A DNA stretch of 63,670 nt, counting the filler, from Myxococcota bacterium (GTDB lineage: Bacteria > Myxococcota_C > UBA6777): assembly GCA_023150835.1 (NCBI GenBank). It is 3 parts of 3 records of this genome, joined end to end, with 100 filler letters (N's around TTAATTAATTAA, not from the genome) between each part and the next. Parts side by side here need not be neighbours in the genome. Positions count along the whole stretch, not along the records: positions 1 to 21,982 come from JAKLKB010000120.1; positions 22,083 to 44,033 come from JAKLKB010000121.1; 1 more part is not named here. One strand, 5' to 3'. A model generated the notes under the pieces. It made no database searches, was not told the DNA's origin, and saw nothing but the letters and a program-made list of their open reading frames with translations. Numbering within the stretch: position 1 is the stretch's first letter; every line of letters starts with the position of its first letter. Positions 16,987-25,419 of the stretch are shown one piece after another. Both the position numbers and the translations under genes were made by a program.

Positions 16987-19962
16987 TCAAGCGGAGGGGG
17001 GTTGGTTGACGTAGCGCTGAATGAATTCGAAGAAGGCGAATTCGGGAGCGGAGAGTCCGAACTGATAGACATAACGGCTGGCGAGGTGCGCACCAAAGAT
17101 GGCGCGGACGTAGTTTTCGGGGACATTCGCGAGGATCCCGTCGAGACCGAGCTTTTGTTGGAGCGTTTGCGGACAAGCTTCGGCGAGGATGGTTTGACGC
17201 AGAGAGGCGTTGTCCCAAAGGGACGAGTTCTGAATCAAATCGTTGAGTTGGTTGATCTTTTCAGAAAGTTTGTTGGTGATCGTCGTGCGGGGACGGCCCG
17301 TTTTGGCGTGTTCGTTCCAGATGGCGTGGAATTCGAGGCGTGCGTTTTCTTCGATCTGTTGCTGAACTTCTTCGACATAAGCGCGATAAAAATCAGGAAC
17401 TTGACCCTCTTTGATCTGCATATCGCGGGCGAAGTCTTCGTCGTTAAAGGAAAGCGCAGCGAGAACTTCTTTTGAAGAAGAGGTGACGCCGCCTTTGTTG
17501 GCGGAAGCGTCTTTGTAGATGATCACACCGGCTTCTTCGAGCTTGAGGCGGGCTTCTTCGGTGAGGAAGAGGTTTGCGCCCTCGATAATGTACTTGAACT
17601 TGGGTTTTCCGTTTTGGTCAAAGAGTCGATGAACGTTGTTGGTGTTGACAGCTTCGGGGCGTCCGCCGCAAGGAACGAAGAAGTCGGCGGTTGCGTAATC
17701 AGAGAGGTGGAATTCATTTCGGAAGCGCAAGCCGCTATCCACAACCGTACCGTTGGGAAGCTGGATATCGTGATCGGTGACGCGGATCAAGAAGCCTTGG
17801 GCGGAGATCTTGTTGCGATTGAAGTGTTCGACCATCAATCGGGCGTTTGCGAGGCGCAAGAGTTCTTGTCGGTCGATGCCATCGGGATCATAGAGAACGC
17901 CACTACCATCCACCACAGCAAGCGTAGAATCCGCAGAGATCTTGATCTCGTTGGAGCCGAGGTCACCGTCTGGGCCGCCTGTTTGGATCTTGGTGACGTT
18001 GTGTTCGTCGAGTCCTTCTTTTTCGAGGATACCGACGACGTATTGGTGGACGGAGCGCGTGGTCATGCCATAGAGGTCATGGGGAATGCCGCCGTATTGA
18101 ATGGATTTGCCCGTTGTAAAGGCTTTCCAGAAGCGATAGCCGCGTTTTCGGGCATGGAGAGAGGCCCAGTCCATCAGCTCAGCGGTGCCTTCATCGGGAC
18201 CAAGGAAGAGAACTTCGGTTTTTCCGTAATGATCGACCATCTTGTCGCTGGGCATCATCAGATCGAGCAAGCTGTCGATGTACTTTTTGAAGGCGATCTC
18301 GGCTTTGTCTTGATGTTCGAGCGAAAGCAGGATCGTGCCTTTGGAACCGCCTTCGGGGATATCTTTGTTTTTGTTTTGTTGGGTGAAGGCGAGTCCGTAG
18401 TTTTCATCAAAGATGGTGTTGGCGTTGTGTGCGAAGACTTGGGGATTGGAGGACCGAACGATGCGGATACCACCGCGTGCCACATCGCGGAAACGGATGT
18501 GGAAGCCACGAAACTCGCTTCCTACGACAAAGAAGATCCCAAAGGGGACTTCGGGATACTCGGATCCCAAAAGGAAGGCGGGATCAAGGCGGAAAGCCAG
18601 AGCGACCTTGCTGTCTTTGTAAAAGTTGGTCTTGAGGATGTGGCGGTTGAATTGCAGGAAGGCCGCAAGGATCTGCTGATCTTCTTCGTTGGAAGCGGTT
18701 TTTTTAATCTTCTGTTCGAGGGCAGCGTTGTGTTGCGGATCATAGGGAAGGATCGACTGAGCGCGATCGCGGAAGTGATAGCGCATAAAGTCTTCGTACA
18801 GTTCCTTGATCAGTTCGGTGTTGTTGATGATGGCGTCGAGAACGCGCCCTTCGTTGAAGGTTGCGCGTTGGAGGCTGGTACGCAGCCGCCCAAGAAGGCT
18901 CATGTAGGTGGGATCTTTTTGAAGGAAGGAAGACAGGCGGGTGTACTCTTCGGTATTTCGGCTCAAGAAGAGATGAGCAAACTTCCAACCTGCATAGGCA
19001 TAAGAGACCTCTTGGGCAGAAAGTTTGTTTTGTTGAAACAGCGGGGTGAGGGAGGTTCGCGGAAGGACGTAGATCAGGCTGGTTTCTTCGCGGATATTGT
19101 TGATGGTCATATCGACGACCATATTCCGCAGGCCGGTGGTTCCGAGCGTGGGAAGCGAACGAAGAAGAGACTCAAAGGTCTCTTTGTCGAATTCGTTGTG
19201 GACGTAGATACTAAAGATCACGATACCGTTGGAGAAGTGTTCGATGTATTTACGGTTGGAGTGGAGTCCGTAGTAGTTGAGAAGGTCCGAGATCGCGGAA
19301 AAATAAGAGTGCGTGCTGTTGCGACGGAAAGCGATCATCAAGCGTTTTTCGTTGGTGGCGGGCTTATCGGAGGTATCGATCACGGGTCCGAGACGATCCA
19401 CCGCAAGATTCAAGAGGTTTTGATAGCGTTGGATGGTGGTTTCGGGGGTGACTTTGAGAAAGATCTTGCTGGCGATCTTTTCGATGTCGGTTTCTTGGGG
19501 ATCAGCGTAGGGGTTCACAAAGTCAGGAGGGGATAAAAAGTAGAAGCGCAGGCGCGTTCCTCGATCGTCGACAGGGCTGGTTCGGTAGGATTGCAAGCGA
19601 TAATCAGGATAACGTTCTTGGATACGCTGCTCGAAGGAAACAGCCTCGGCATGAACCGAACGGCAAGCGTACATCACGCCGAACTCATCGTTTTCGCTGA
19701 TCAATTGGAGTCCAACATCTTTTCCACCACTACGAGAGAGGATCTTGGCGGCGTAAAGGGATTGGATGTGCCGTGCGATCTGCGCGGAAGTCGTGGTTTG
19801 GAAGTAGTAATCGTCGATCCCCAACTTGTTGTAAAACCAGTTGAGTTCTTGGGCGATGACTTGCTCGGTGAATTCGCCATCTTCGCGCAAGATCGCTTCC
19901 ACTTCTTGCACTTGGCTAGAAAAGGTTGGTCGTGCTTTAACCAGAGCATCCATCTTTGTCAT
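16987..19962 (-). CDS. NAD-specific glutamate dehydrogenase, ~990-aa eukaryote (GDH2)-type
   Basis: FRGFHIRFRDVARGGIRIV, DENYGLAFTQQNKNKDIPEGGSKG, LGPDEGTA, GGIPHD.YGMT, TGGPDGDLGSN, EGANLF, DASANKGGVTSSS. Start ATG 19962 with GGAG 7 nt upstream. Confidence 0.9.
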   Translation of the reverse strand: MTKMDALVKARPTFSSQVQEVEAILREDGEFTEQVIAQELNWFYNKLGIDDYYFQTTTSAQIARHIQSLYAAKILSRSGGKDVGLQLISENDEFGVMYACRSVHAEAVSFEQRIQERYPDYRLQSYRTSPVDDRGTRLRFYFLSPPDFVNPYADPQETDIEKIASKIFLKVTPETTIQRYQNLLNLAVDRLGPVIDTSDKPATNEKRLMIAFRRNSTHSYFSAISDLLNYYGLHSNRKYIEHFSNGIVIFSIYVHNEFDKETFESLLRSLPTLGTTGLRNMVVDMTINNIREETSLIYVLPRTSLTPLFQQNKLSAQEVSYAYAGWKFAHLFLSRNTEEYTRLSSFLQKDPTYMSLLGRLRTSLQRATFNEGRVLDAIINNTELIKELYEDFMRYHFRDRAQSILPYDPQHNAALEQKIKKTASNEEDQQILAAFLQFNRHILKTNFYKDSKVALAFRLDPAFLLGSEYPEVPFGIFFVVGSEFRGFHIRFRDVARGGIRIVRSSNPQVFAHNANTIFDENYGLAFTQQNKNKDIPEGGSKGTILLSLEHQDKAEIAFKKYIDSLLDLMMPSDKMVDHYGKTEVLFLGPDEGTAELMDWASLHARKRGYRFWKAFTTGKSIQYGGIPHDLYGMTTRSVHQYVVGILEKEGLDEHNVTKIQTGGPDGDLGSNEIKISADSTLAVVDGSGVLYDPDGIDRQELLRLANARLMVEHFNRNKISAQGFLIRVTDHDIQLPNGTVVDSGLRFRNEFHLSDYATADFFVPCGGRPEAVNTNNVHRLFDQNGKPKFKYIIEGANLFLTEEARLKLEEAGVIIYKDASANKGGVTSSSKEVLAALSFNDEDFARDMQIKEGQVPDFYRAYVEEVQQQIEENARLEFHAIWNEHAKTGRPRTTITNKLSEKINQLNDLIQNSSLWDNASLRQTILAEACPQTLQQKLGLDGILANVPENYVRAIFGAHLASRYVYQFGLSAPEFAFFEFIQRYVNQPPSA

Positions 19963-20254
19963 GAGAAATCTCCAATAAACCCCAGTCTTCGGGGGCTTGG
20001 GAACGGGTACAGGGGGGGCAAGCGCGGCTAACATAACCCAAGGCAATGCGCGTGGCAAGGTCTTTCATTCACCCATGTATGCAATTATGCAATTTTGACG
20101 ATGTGCGTTTGAGGCTTGTTTTGGAAAGCCCGTATCGGCAAAGGACGATCAAGAAAGCAGGTATGGCAAGAAACCAGAACATATCACGCAAGGAACATCA
20201 CGTCGAAGAAAGGGCTGGGTCCAGAAAAGCTGGGTTGAAAGAAGCAGGAGAAGC

Positions 20255-20326
20255 GGAGCAAGGGGAGCAAAGGGAGCAAGGGGAGCAAGGGGAGCAAGGG
20301 GAGCAAGGGGAGCAAGGGGAGCAAGG
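20255..20326. repeat. 9-bp microsatellite (GGAGCAAGG)x8
   Basis: Read directly; one unit is the variant GGAGCAAAG. Confidence 0.95.
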
Positions 20327-20356
20327 GGGCGATCAGCAGGTGGTATTGCGTAGAGA

Positions 20357-21982
20357 TCAGCGGGGATCTGCGCAGCATCGAAAGCCGATGGTTGGTTTTT
20401 GGGTAGAAGGCGGGAGGTTTCCGCGACTGGCACAACGCACATCCCAGTCGGGCCGATTGGCGGCTCCTCCACGAATGATCCGCCAGTCACGGTTACGAAA
20501 ACGAGAAGAGGTCCATTCTGCGGCGTTTCCGCTCATATCAAAGATCCCGTAAGGGCTTTTGCAGCGTTTTGCGGCTCCCGCAGCGCGCAAGGGACGATCT
20601 TTTCCGTCCTTTGTGCGGGTGTTGCAGATCTCCGCATTGAAATCGTTGCCGTAGGGATAACGGATGTTTCGGCCCCCTTTGCAAGCGCGTTCCCACTCGA
20701 TCTCATCGCAAAGACGTTTTCCGACGCTTTGGCAGAGGTTGTTGGCGGCTTCCCAAGACACATTGGTTTTGGGGGTTCGCCCACGTCCGGGGTATTCGTG
20801 GCGATCGATGCAATAATCTTTGGTATTTTTGAGGACAAGCGGAAGCTCACCAAAAGATCGCATCTCGTCGTTGGAGGCGCTGCCCATACGGAACGCTCCT
20901 TCGCGGATATAAGCCATGCCTGCTGGGCATCGGGTGGTTTGGATGCGTGGGATCGTCGGGAGTTTTGCAAGGATCGCTGCGCGTTGTGCATCGGATATCG
21001 GGCGTCTTGTGACAGGCTCGCGGGTTTCAGGTTCGCGGGTTTCAGGGGTCCGCAAAACAGGCTCACGTGAGACAGGCTCACGCGAGACAGGCTCGCGAGT
21101 TTCGGGATGACGGGTTGAAGGCAAAAGAGACGGGAGAGGAGGATCATCCGTACGACGCGGGGGTGGCGTTGTTCGAGCGGGAGGGGTCGTTCGTACGGGA
21201 GGTGTGGCACGTGATGGTTCGGGAGGGCGGACGGGGACAGGAGGAGTCGCCGAAACGCCTGCGTCAGGAGAGGTGCGTTCTGCGGGCATTAGATCGATCG
21301 GACTGGTCGGTGGGGTGGGAAGAATGGAGAGTGGCGAACCTGTGGTTTGGGGGGGAGTCTGTTTGCTTTGAAGGGCCGCAAGACGTTGCGCTTCGAGTTC
21401 TTGAGCGCGGATCTTGGGAAAATGAACGAACTTCAAGTAAATCCCGACACCACCGATCGAAAAGATCACCAGCATACCCACAAAAAACGAGATGAGTCCT
21501 GTGCGAGAGAATTTTTCCTGTGGTTCGCGACGAACATTGTTATTTGTACGAGAAACACGCGTATTGGGATGAGGAACAGCAGGTGGAGGGATGGTCGGCT
21601 TGGGAGGCGCAAGTAACGGACTTCCGCCGACATCGTTGACGTTGGAGGGAGTGCTGGTGGAGAGTAAGCCAAGAGGCGGGACGTTGGCTGTGGTGCTTGA
21701 GGGAACAGCAAAGGGCGCAGGAGGAGGCATGGCCTTGTTGGGCTGGGACTCTTTGGGATGGGATTCTTGTTTTGGAAGAGGAGGCGGAGAAGCTGTCGGA
21801 CGCTGTTTTGGAGGAAGAGGAGGTGGAGTGGGCGCTTTGCGTTCGTCTTCAAGAGACAGGGTCTCACCATCGTCATCAAAGCGAACGGATGCACCTGTGT
21901 GCTGAGGCGCAGCGCGAGGCAACGGAGGGGGAGTCAGGCTTGGTTGGGAAGACGGGAGGGGGAGAGGGGGAGGCGTCGGATG
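20357..21982 (-). CDS. Pro-rich membrane protein with C-terminal FGE/SUMF1 domain, 5' end cut by the gap
   Basis: TM helix LISFFVGMLVIFSIGGVGIYL; CPAGMAYI..GAF.MGS, EWERACKG, DMSGNAAEWT, IGFRCC. Frame is open up to the N run. Confidence 0.85.
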   Translation of the reverse strand, partial: HPTPPPLPLPSSQPSLTPPPLPRAAPQHTGASVRFDDDGETLSLEDERKAPTPPPLPPKQRPTASPPPLPKQESHPKESQPNKAMPPPAPFAVPSSTTANVPPLGLLSTSTPSNVNDVGGSPLLAPPKPTIPPPAVPHPNTRVSRTNNNVRREPQEKFSRTGLISFFVGMLVIFSIGGVGIYLKFVHFPKIRAQELEAQRLAALQSKQTPPQTTGSPLSILPTPPTSPIDLMPAERTSPDAGVSATPPVPVRPPEPSRATPPVRTTPPARTTPPPRRTDDPPLPSLLPSTRHPETREPVSREPVSREPVLRTPETREPETREPVTRRPISDAQRAAILAKLPTIPRIQTTRCPAGMAYIREGAFRMGSASNDEMRSFGELPLVLKNTKDYCIDRHEYPGRGRTPKTNVSWEAANNLCQSVGKRLCDEIEWERACKGGRNIRYPYGNDFNAEICNTRTKDGKDRPLRAAGAAKRCKSPYGIFDMSGNAAEWTSSRFRNRDWRIIRGGAANRPDWDVRCASRGNLPPSTQKPTIGFRCCADPR

Positions 21983-22082
21983 NNNNNNNNNNNNNNNNNN
22001 NNNNNNNNNNNNNNNNNNNNNNNNNNTTAATTAATTAANNNNNNNNNNNNNNNNNNNNNNNNNNNNNNNNNNNNNNNNNNNN
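21983..22082. other. Artificial contig linker
   Basis: N44-TTAATTAATTAA-N44, giving stops in all six frames. Confidence 0.98.
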
Positions 22083-22235
22083 AAAGTACGGAAAGTACGG
22101 AAAGTACGGAAAGTACGGAAAGTACGGAAAGTACGGAAAGTACGGAAAGTACGGAAAGTACGGAAAGTACGGAAAGTACGGAAAGTACGGAAAGTACGGA
22201 AAGTACGGAAAGTACGGAAAGCACGGAAAGCACGG
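22083..22235. repeat. 9-bp microsatellite (AAAGTACGG)x15 + (AAAGCACGG)x2 at contig start
   Basis: Read directly; probably the cause of the assembly break. Confidence 0.95.
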
Positions 22236-22242
22236 CGACGGG

Positions 22243-22338
22243 GTTTCTCTGTGCGCTCAGACTTTCTGCCGTCCTCCCATTTGTTCGATGGGATGAGGAA
22301 AAGAGAGCGCCAAGTTTCTCTGTGCGCTCAGACTTTCT
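22243..22338. repeat. Two identical 25-bp direct repeats separated by 46 bp
   Basis: GTTTCTCTGTGCGCTCAGACTTTCT at 22243-22267 and 22314-22338. Confidence 0.9.
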
Positions 22339-22413
22339 TTGCCCACAGGTGATACCCGCACCGACTCGGCTTTCCATCGGTTCTCGATACATCCCAACAC
22401 AAGGGGCTTTTGC

Positions 22414-23109
22414 ATGACACAGATCACCGTTCAGTCCCGCTGGACACCTCGCCATCCCGAGCGGATCCAGCTGTATTCATTCCCCACCCCCAACGGCATC
22501 AAAGTATCGCTCGCACTCGAAGAGATGGCGCTTCCTTATGAAGCTCACACCATCCACATCGGCAAGGGCGACCAAGACTCCGAGGCTTACCGCACCATCA
22601 GCCCCAACGGAAAGATCCCCACGTTGCTCGATCCCAACGGCCCAAACGGCCAACCCATCGCCATCATGGAGTCTGGCGCGATCCTGTATTACCTTGCCGA
22701 AAAAACCAGTCTGTTCATGCCCTCCGATCCGATCGCAAAAAGCGAAGCCCTCCAATGGCTATTCTTTCAAGTCGGCCACATCGGTCCGATGTTTGGGCAG
22801 TTTGGGCATTTTCACAAGTTTGCTCGTGGAAAGTGCGATCATCCCTACCCGCTCGAACGCTACACCCACGAAACGCGACGATTGCTCGGCGTTTTGGAAG
22901 AACGCTTGAAGAAGCATCCGTTTCTTTTACCCTACGGCTACAGCATCGTGGATATGGCGACCTTCCCTTGGGTCGAAGGATTGATCGGATTTTATGATGC
23001 AGCCCATGAACTCGGTTTTGATGATTTCCCCACCGTCAAGCATTGGCTGCAATGCTGCATCGAGCGCCCTGCTTTTGCCGTCGCTCGCAAAGTCGCTGCC
23101 CCCGCCTAG
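22414..23109 (+). CDS. Glutathione S-transferase, YfcG/YghU-like
   Basis: TPNGIKV, SPNGKIP, MESGAIL.YLAEK, WLFFQVG..GPMFGQ, YSIVDMATFPWV. Confidence 0.92.
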   Translation: MTQITVQSRWTPRHPERIQLYSFPTPNGIKVSLALEEMALPYEAHTIHIGKGDQDSEAYRTISPNGKIPTLLDPNGPNGQPIAIMESGAILYYLAEKTSLFMPSDPIAKSEALQWLFFQVGHIGPMFGQFGHFHKFARGKCDHPYPLERYTHETRRLLGVLEERLKKHPFLLPYGYSIVDMATFPWVEGLIGFYDAAHELGFDDFPTVKHWLQCCIERPAFAVARKVAAPA

Positions 23110-23129
23110 CCTTCTTTCTCGCTGATGCC

Positions 23130-24305
23130 TCACGCCCCCAAAGCTTGATCGAGATCCGACCACAGATCCTCGACATCTTCGAGGCCCACAGAGAGCCGAA
23201 CCATCCCATCCACGATCCCTCGACGCAGCCGCTCTGCGGGGTCTAGCCCGTGGTGTGTTGTGGTGATCGGCTGGGTCACAAGGCTCTCGACGCCCCCCAA
23301 GCTCGGCGCGATCGAAAAAAGCCGTAATCGGTCAACCGCTACAGCGGTGGTCTGGGCGTCACCTTTGAACACAAAGCTCAACATCCCACCAAATCCCCGC
23401 ATCTGACGCTTGGCGATCTCATGCTGTGGATGGCTCGACAGCCCCGGATAATTCACATGATCGACACGCGGATGCTTGGCCAACCGCTCCGCCAAGATCG
23501 CCGCGCTTTGATTTTGCGCACGCACCCTTACCGCCAACGTCCGCAAGCTGCGCGACAACAAAAAAGCCACTTCGGGAGCCATCACCTGCCCAAGATTTTT
23601 TCGCCACACGACCAACGGTTGCAGCCGTTCAGTCGCCCCGATCACCGCACCGCCCGTCAGATCGCTGTGGCCGCCCATGTACTTGGTTGTGCTGTGGATC
23701 ACAAGATCGGCCCCCAGCGCCAACGGATGCTGATTCACGGGAGTGGCAAAGGTACTATCCACCACCGTCAATATGCCCCGTCGTTTGGCGATCTCTGCGA
23801 TCCACGCGATATCGAACACTTCCATATTGGGATTGGTGGGGGTTTCAAAAAACACCAGCCGCGTCTTGTCATGGATCACTTCTTCCAAACGCCCCAACTC
23901 ATCGCCCAAAAGAAACGTGGTCGTAATACCCAATTGTGGAAGATTGTAAGACAATAGCTCGAACGTTCCTCCGTACACATCTCCGATGCAGACGATGTGA
24001 TCGCCTGTCTTGCAATGCGCAAGAAACGTCGCAGACTCCGCCGCCATCCCCGAACCAAAGACCAATGACCCTTCGGCTCCTTCGATGCTTGCGAGCTTTT
24101 CTTCGACTGACACGATCGTTGGATTCATTCCGTAGCGCGTGTACAGACTTCCTTGCGTCCGCCCTTGCACAACGTCTAGCAATGCCTGTGTGCTTGGAAA
24201 CCCGAAGGTCGAGTGGTTGTACAGCGGGGTGTGGATCGCTCCCTTTGCATCCCGCCGATCTCCCGCATGAATGCACCGTGTGGATAGACCTGCTTCTTTT
24301 TTCAT
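23130..24305 (-). CDS. Cys/Met metabolism PLP enzyme (methionine gamma-lyase / cystathionine gamma-synthase family)
   Basis: YTRYGMNPT, SGMAA, FETPTNP, VDSTFATP, HSTTKYMGGHSD, SLGGVESL, RLSVGLED. Confidence 0.92.
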   Translation of the reverse strand: MKKEAGLSTRCIHAGDRRDAKGAIHTPLYNHSTFGFPSTQALLDVVQGRTQGSLYTRYGMNPTIVSVEEKLASIEGAEGSLVFGSGMAAESATFLAHCKTGDHIVCIGDVYGGTFELLSYNLPQLGITTTFLLGDELGRLEEVIHDKTRLVFFETPTNPNMEVFDIAWIAEIAKRRGILTVVDSTFATPVNQHPLALGADLVIHSTTKYMGGHSDLTGGAVIGATERLQPLVVWRKNLGQVMAPEVAFLLSRSLRTLAVRVRAQNQSAAILAERLAKHPRVDHVNYPGLSSHPQHEIAKRQMRGFGGMLSFVFKGDAQTTAVAVDRLRLFSIAPSLGGVESLVTQPITTTHHGLDPAERLRRGIVDGMVRLSVGLEDVEDLWSDLDQALGA

Positions 24306-24433
24306 CCGTTTTGCCTTTTACGTTTTTTTCCAACCAAGCGGTTCTCTGTCTAAGCACCGCGCATCCTATCCAAGACCTGACTCAACCGTCTGTCAAGCGA
24401 TTTTTGAGGCTTGTTTTGAAGAAAGGGATCAAG

Positions 24434-25183
24434 ATGGAGACGTTGCGTGGCTTGTATCGCCACTACAAAGGCAAAGAGTACGAAGTGATCGGTGTCGCCA
24501 AGCACTCCGAAACACAAGAAGAACTGGTGGTGTATCGTGCGTTGTATGGAGAACGCGGTTTGTGGGTTCGGCCAAAGGCGATGTTCCAAGAGTCGGTCCT
24601 ACAAGGAAACCAGCCTGTGCCGCGTTTTGCATACATCGGCCCACAAACACAGCAGCCACCGACGGATGATTTGTTTCAAGGCTGCCAAACGCCCGCAGAT
24701 TGGAAGCCCAAGGACGGCGCGTACCCTGTGATGGGCGAAGCGTCGATCATGGCGACCAAAGCACACGGAACCTCGCAAACACCCGTCCAATCCGAACTAC
24801 GCTATGGCTGTGATCCAAAACTTGCGGATCGGATCTGCAACTTTAATCGCCATTATGCCGAACACTCGGGCTATTTCTTATCAACGTCATGGCTTTCCGA
24901 GATCGACCGCACCGCACCGGTGATCTATTACGATTCCAATTCAGGCAAGCCGCTGTTCCAAGCCCCGATCGTTCGGAGCTTTGAAGCTTTTTTGAAAGAG
25001 TCCAAAGCACACGGATGGCCGAGCTTTCGGGATGAAGAAGTCAATTGGTCCTACGTCCGCGTTTTGCCCGATGGCGAGTGCGTTTCCGTCGATGGCACTC
25101 ATCTCGGCCACAACATCCCCGACTACAAAGGCAACCGTTATTGCATCAATCTGGTCTCGATCGCAGGACATCCTCACAAGTAA
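24434..25183 (+). CDS. DUF1653 domain fused to an MsrB/SelR-like domain
   Basis: N-terminal GLYRHYKGKEYEVIGVAKHSETQEELVVYRALYGERGLWVRP..MF (DUF1653); C-terminal GKPLF...HGWPSF...HLGH...RYCIN (MsrB signature). Start ATG 24434. Confidence 0.85.
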   Translation: METLRGLYRHYKGKEYEVIGVAKHSETQEELVVYRALYGERGLWVRPKAMFQESVLQGNQPVPRFAYIGPQTQQPPTDDLFQGCQTPADWKPKDGAYPVMGEASIMATKAHGTSQTPVQSELRYGCDPKLADRICNFNRHYAEHSGYFLSTSWLSEIDRTAPVIYYDSNSGKPLFQAPIVRSFEAFLKESKAHGWPSFRDEEVNWSYVRVLPDGECVSVDGTHLGHNIPDYKGNRYCINLVSIAGHPHK

Positions 25184-25214
25184 TACGAAATCTGTCCGTA
25201 AAATAAGTGAAAAA

Positions 25215-25240
25215 GTAGGGGCAGCCCCCCGTGACTGCCC
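25215..25240 (+). repeat. GTAG-type REP (family B)
   Basis: GTAGGGGCAGCCCCCCGTGACTGCCC. Confidence 0.8.
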
Positions 25241-25419
25241 AACCACAAGGCACCCATAGCGGATCGCACCAACCCTTTGCTTCTCTCGAAGATCGTATAA
25301 GACCGATACATCGGCCCCACCGCGAAACGAAAACAACGGCCCTTCTTGGCACAACACACCAAGCGAACTATCGTCACGCCTGCATGATGCTCACAGACAG
25401 ATCGAGGAAAGGACACACC

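Noticed and set aside
17614..19536. 640-aa plus-strand ORF
   Set aside because: Antisense shadow of the glutamate dehydrogenase, with no motifs of its own.
20046..20552. Collagen-like (GEQ)n protein
   Set aside because: Translation of the 9-bp microsatellite; it overlaps the FGE gene antisense.
21983..22082. TTAATTAATTAA as a biological motif, and gene adjacency across it (also 44034-44133)
   Set aside because: Identical 100-nt N-padded six-frame-stop linkers are assembly artefacts.
22027..22455. (VLS)n ORF
   Set aside because: Microsatellite translation that ends in the artificial linker.
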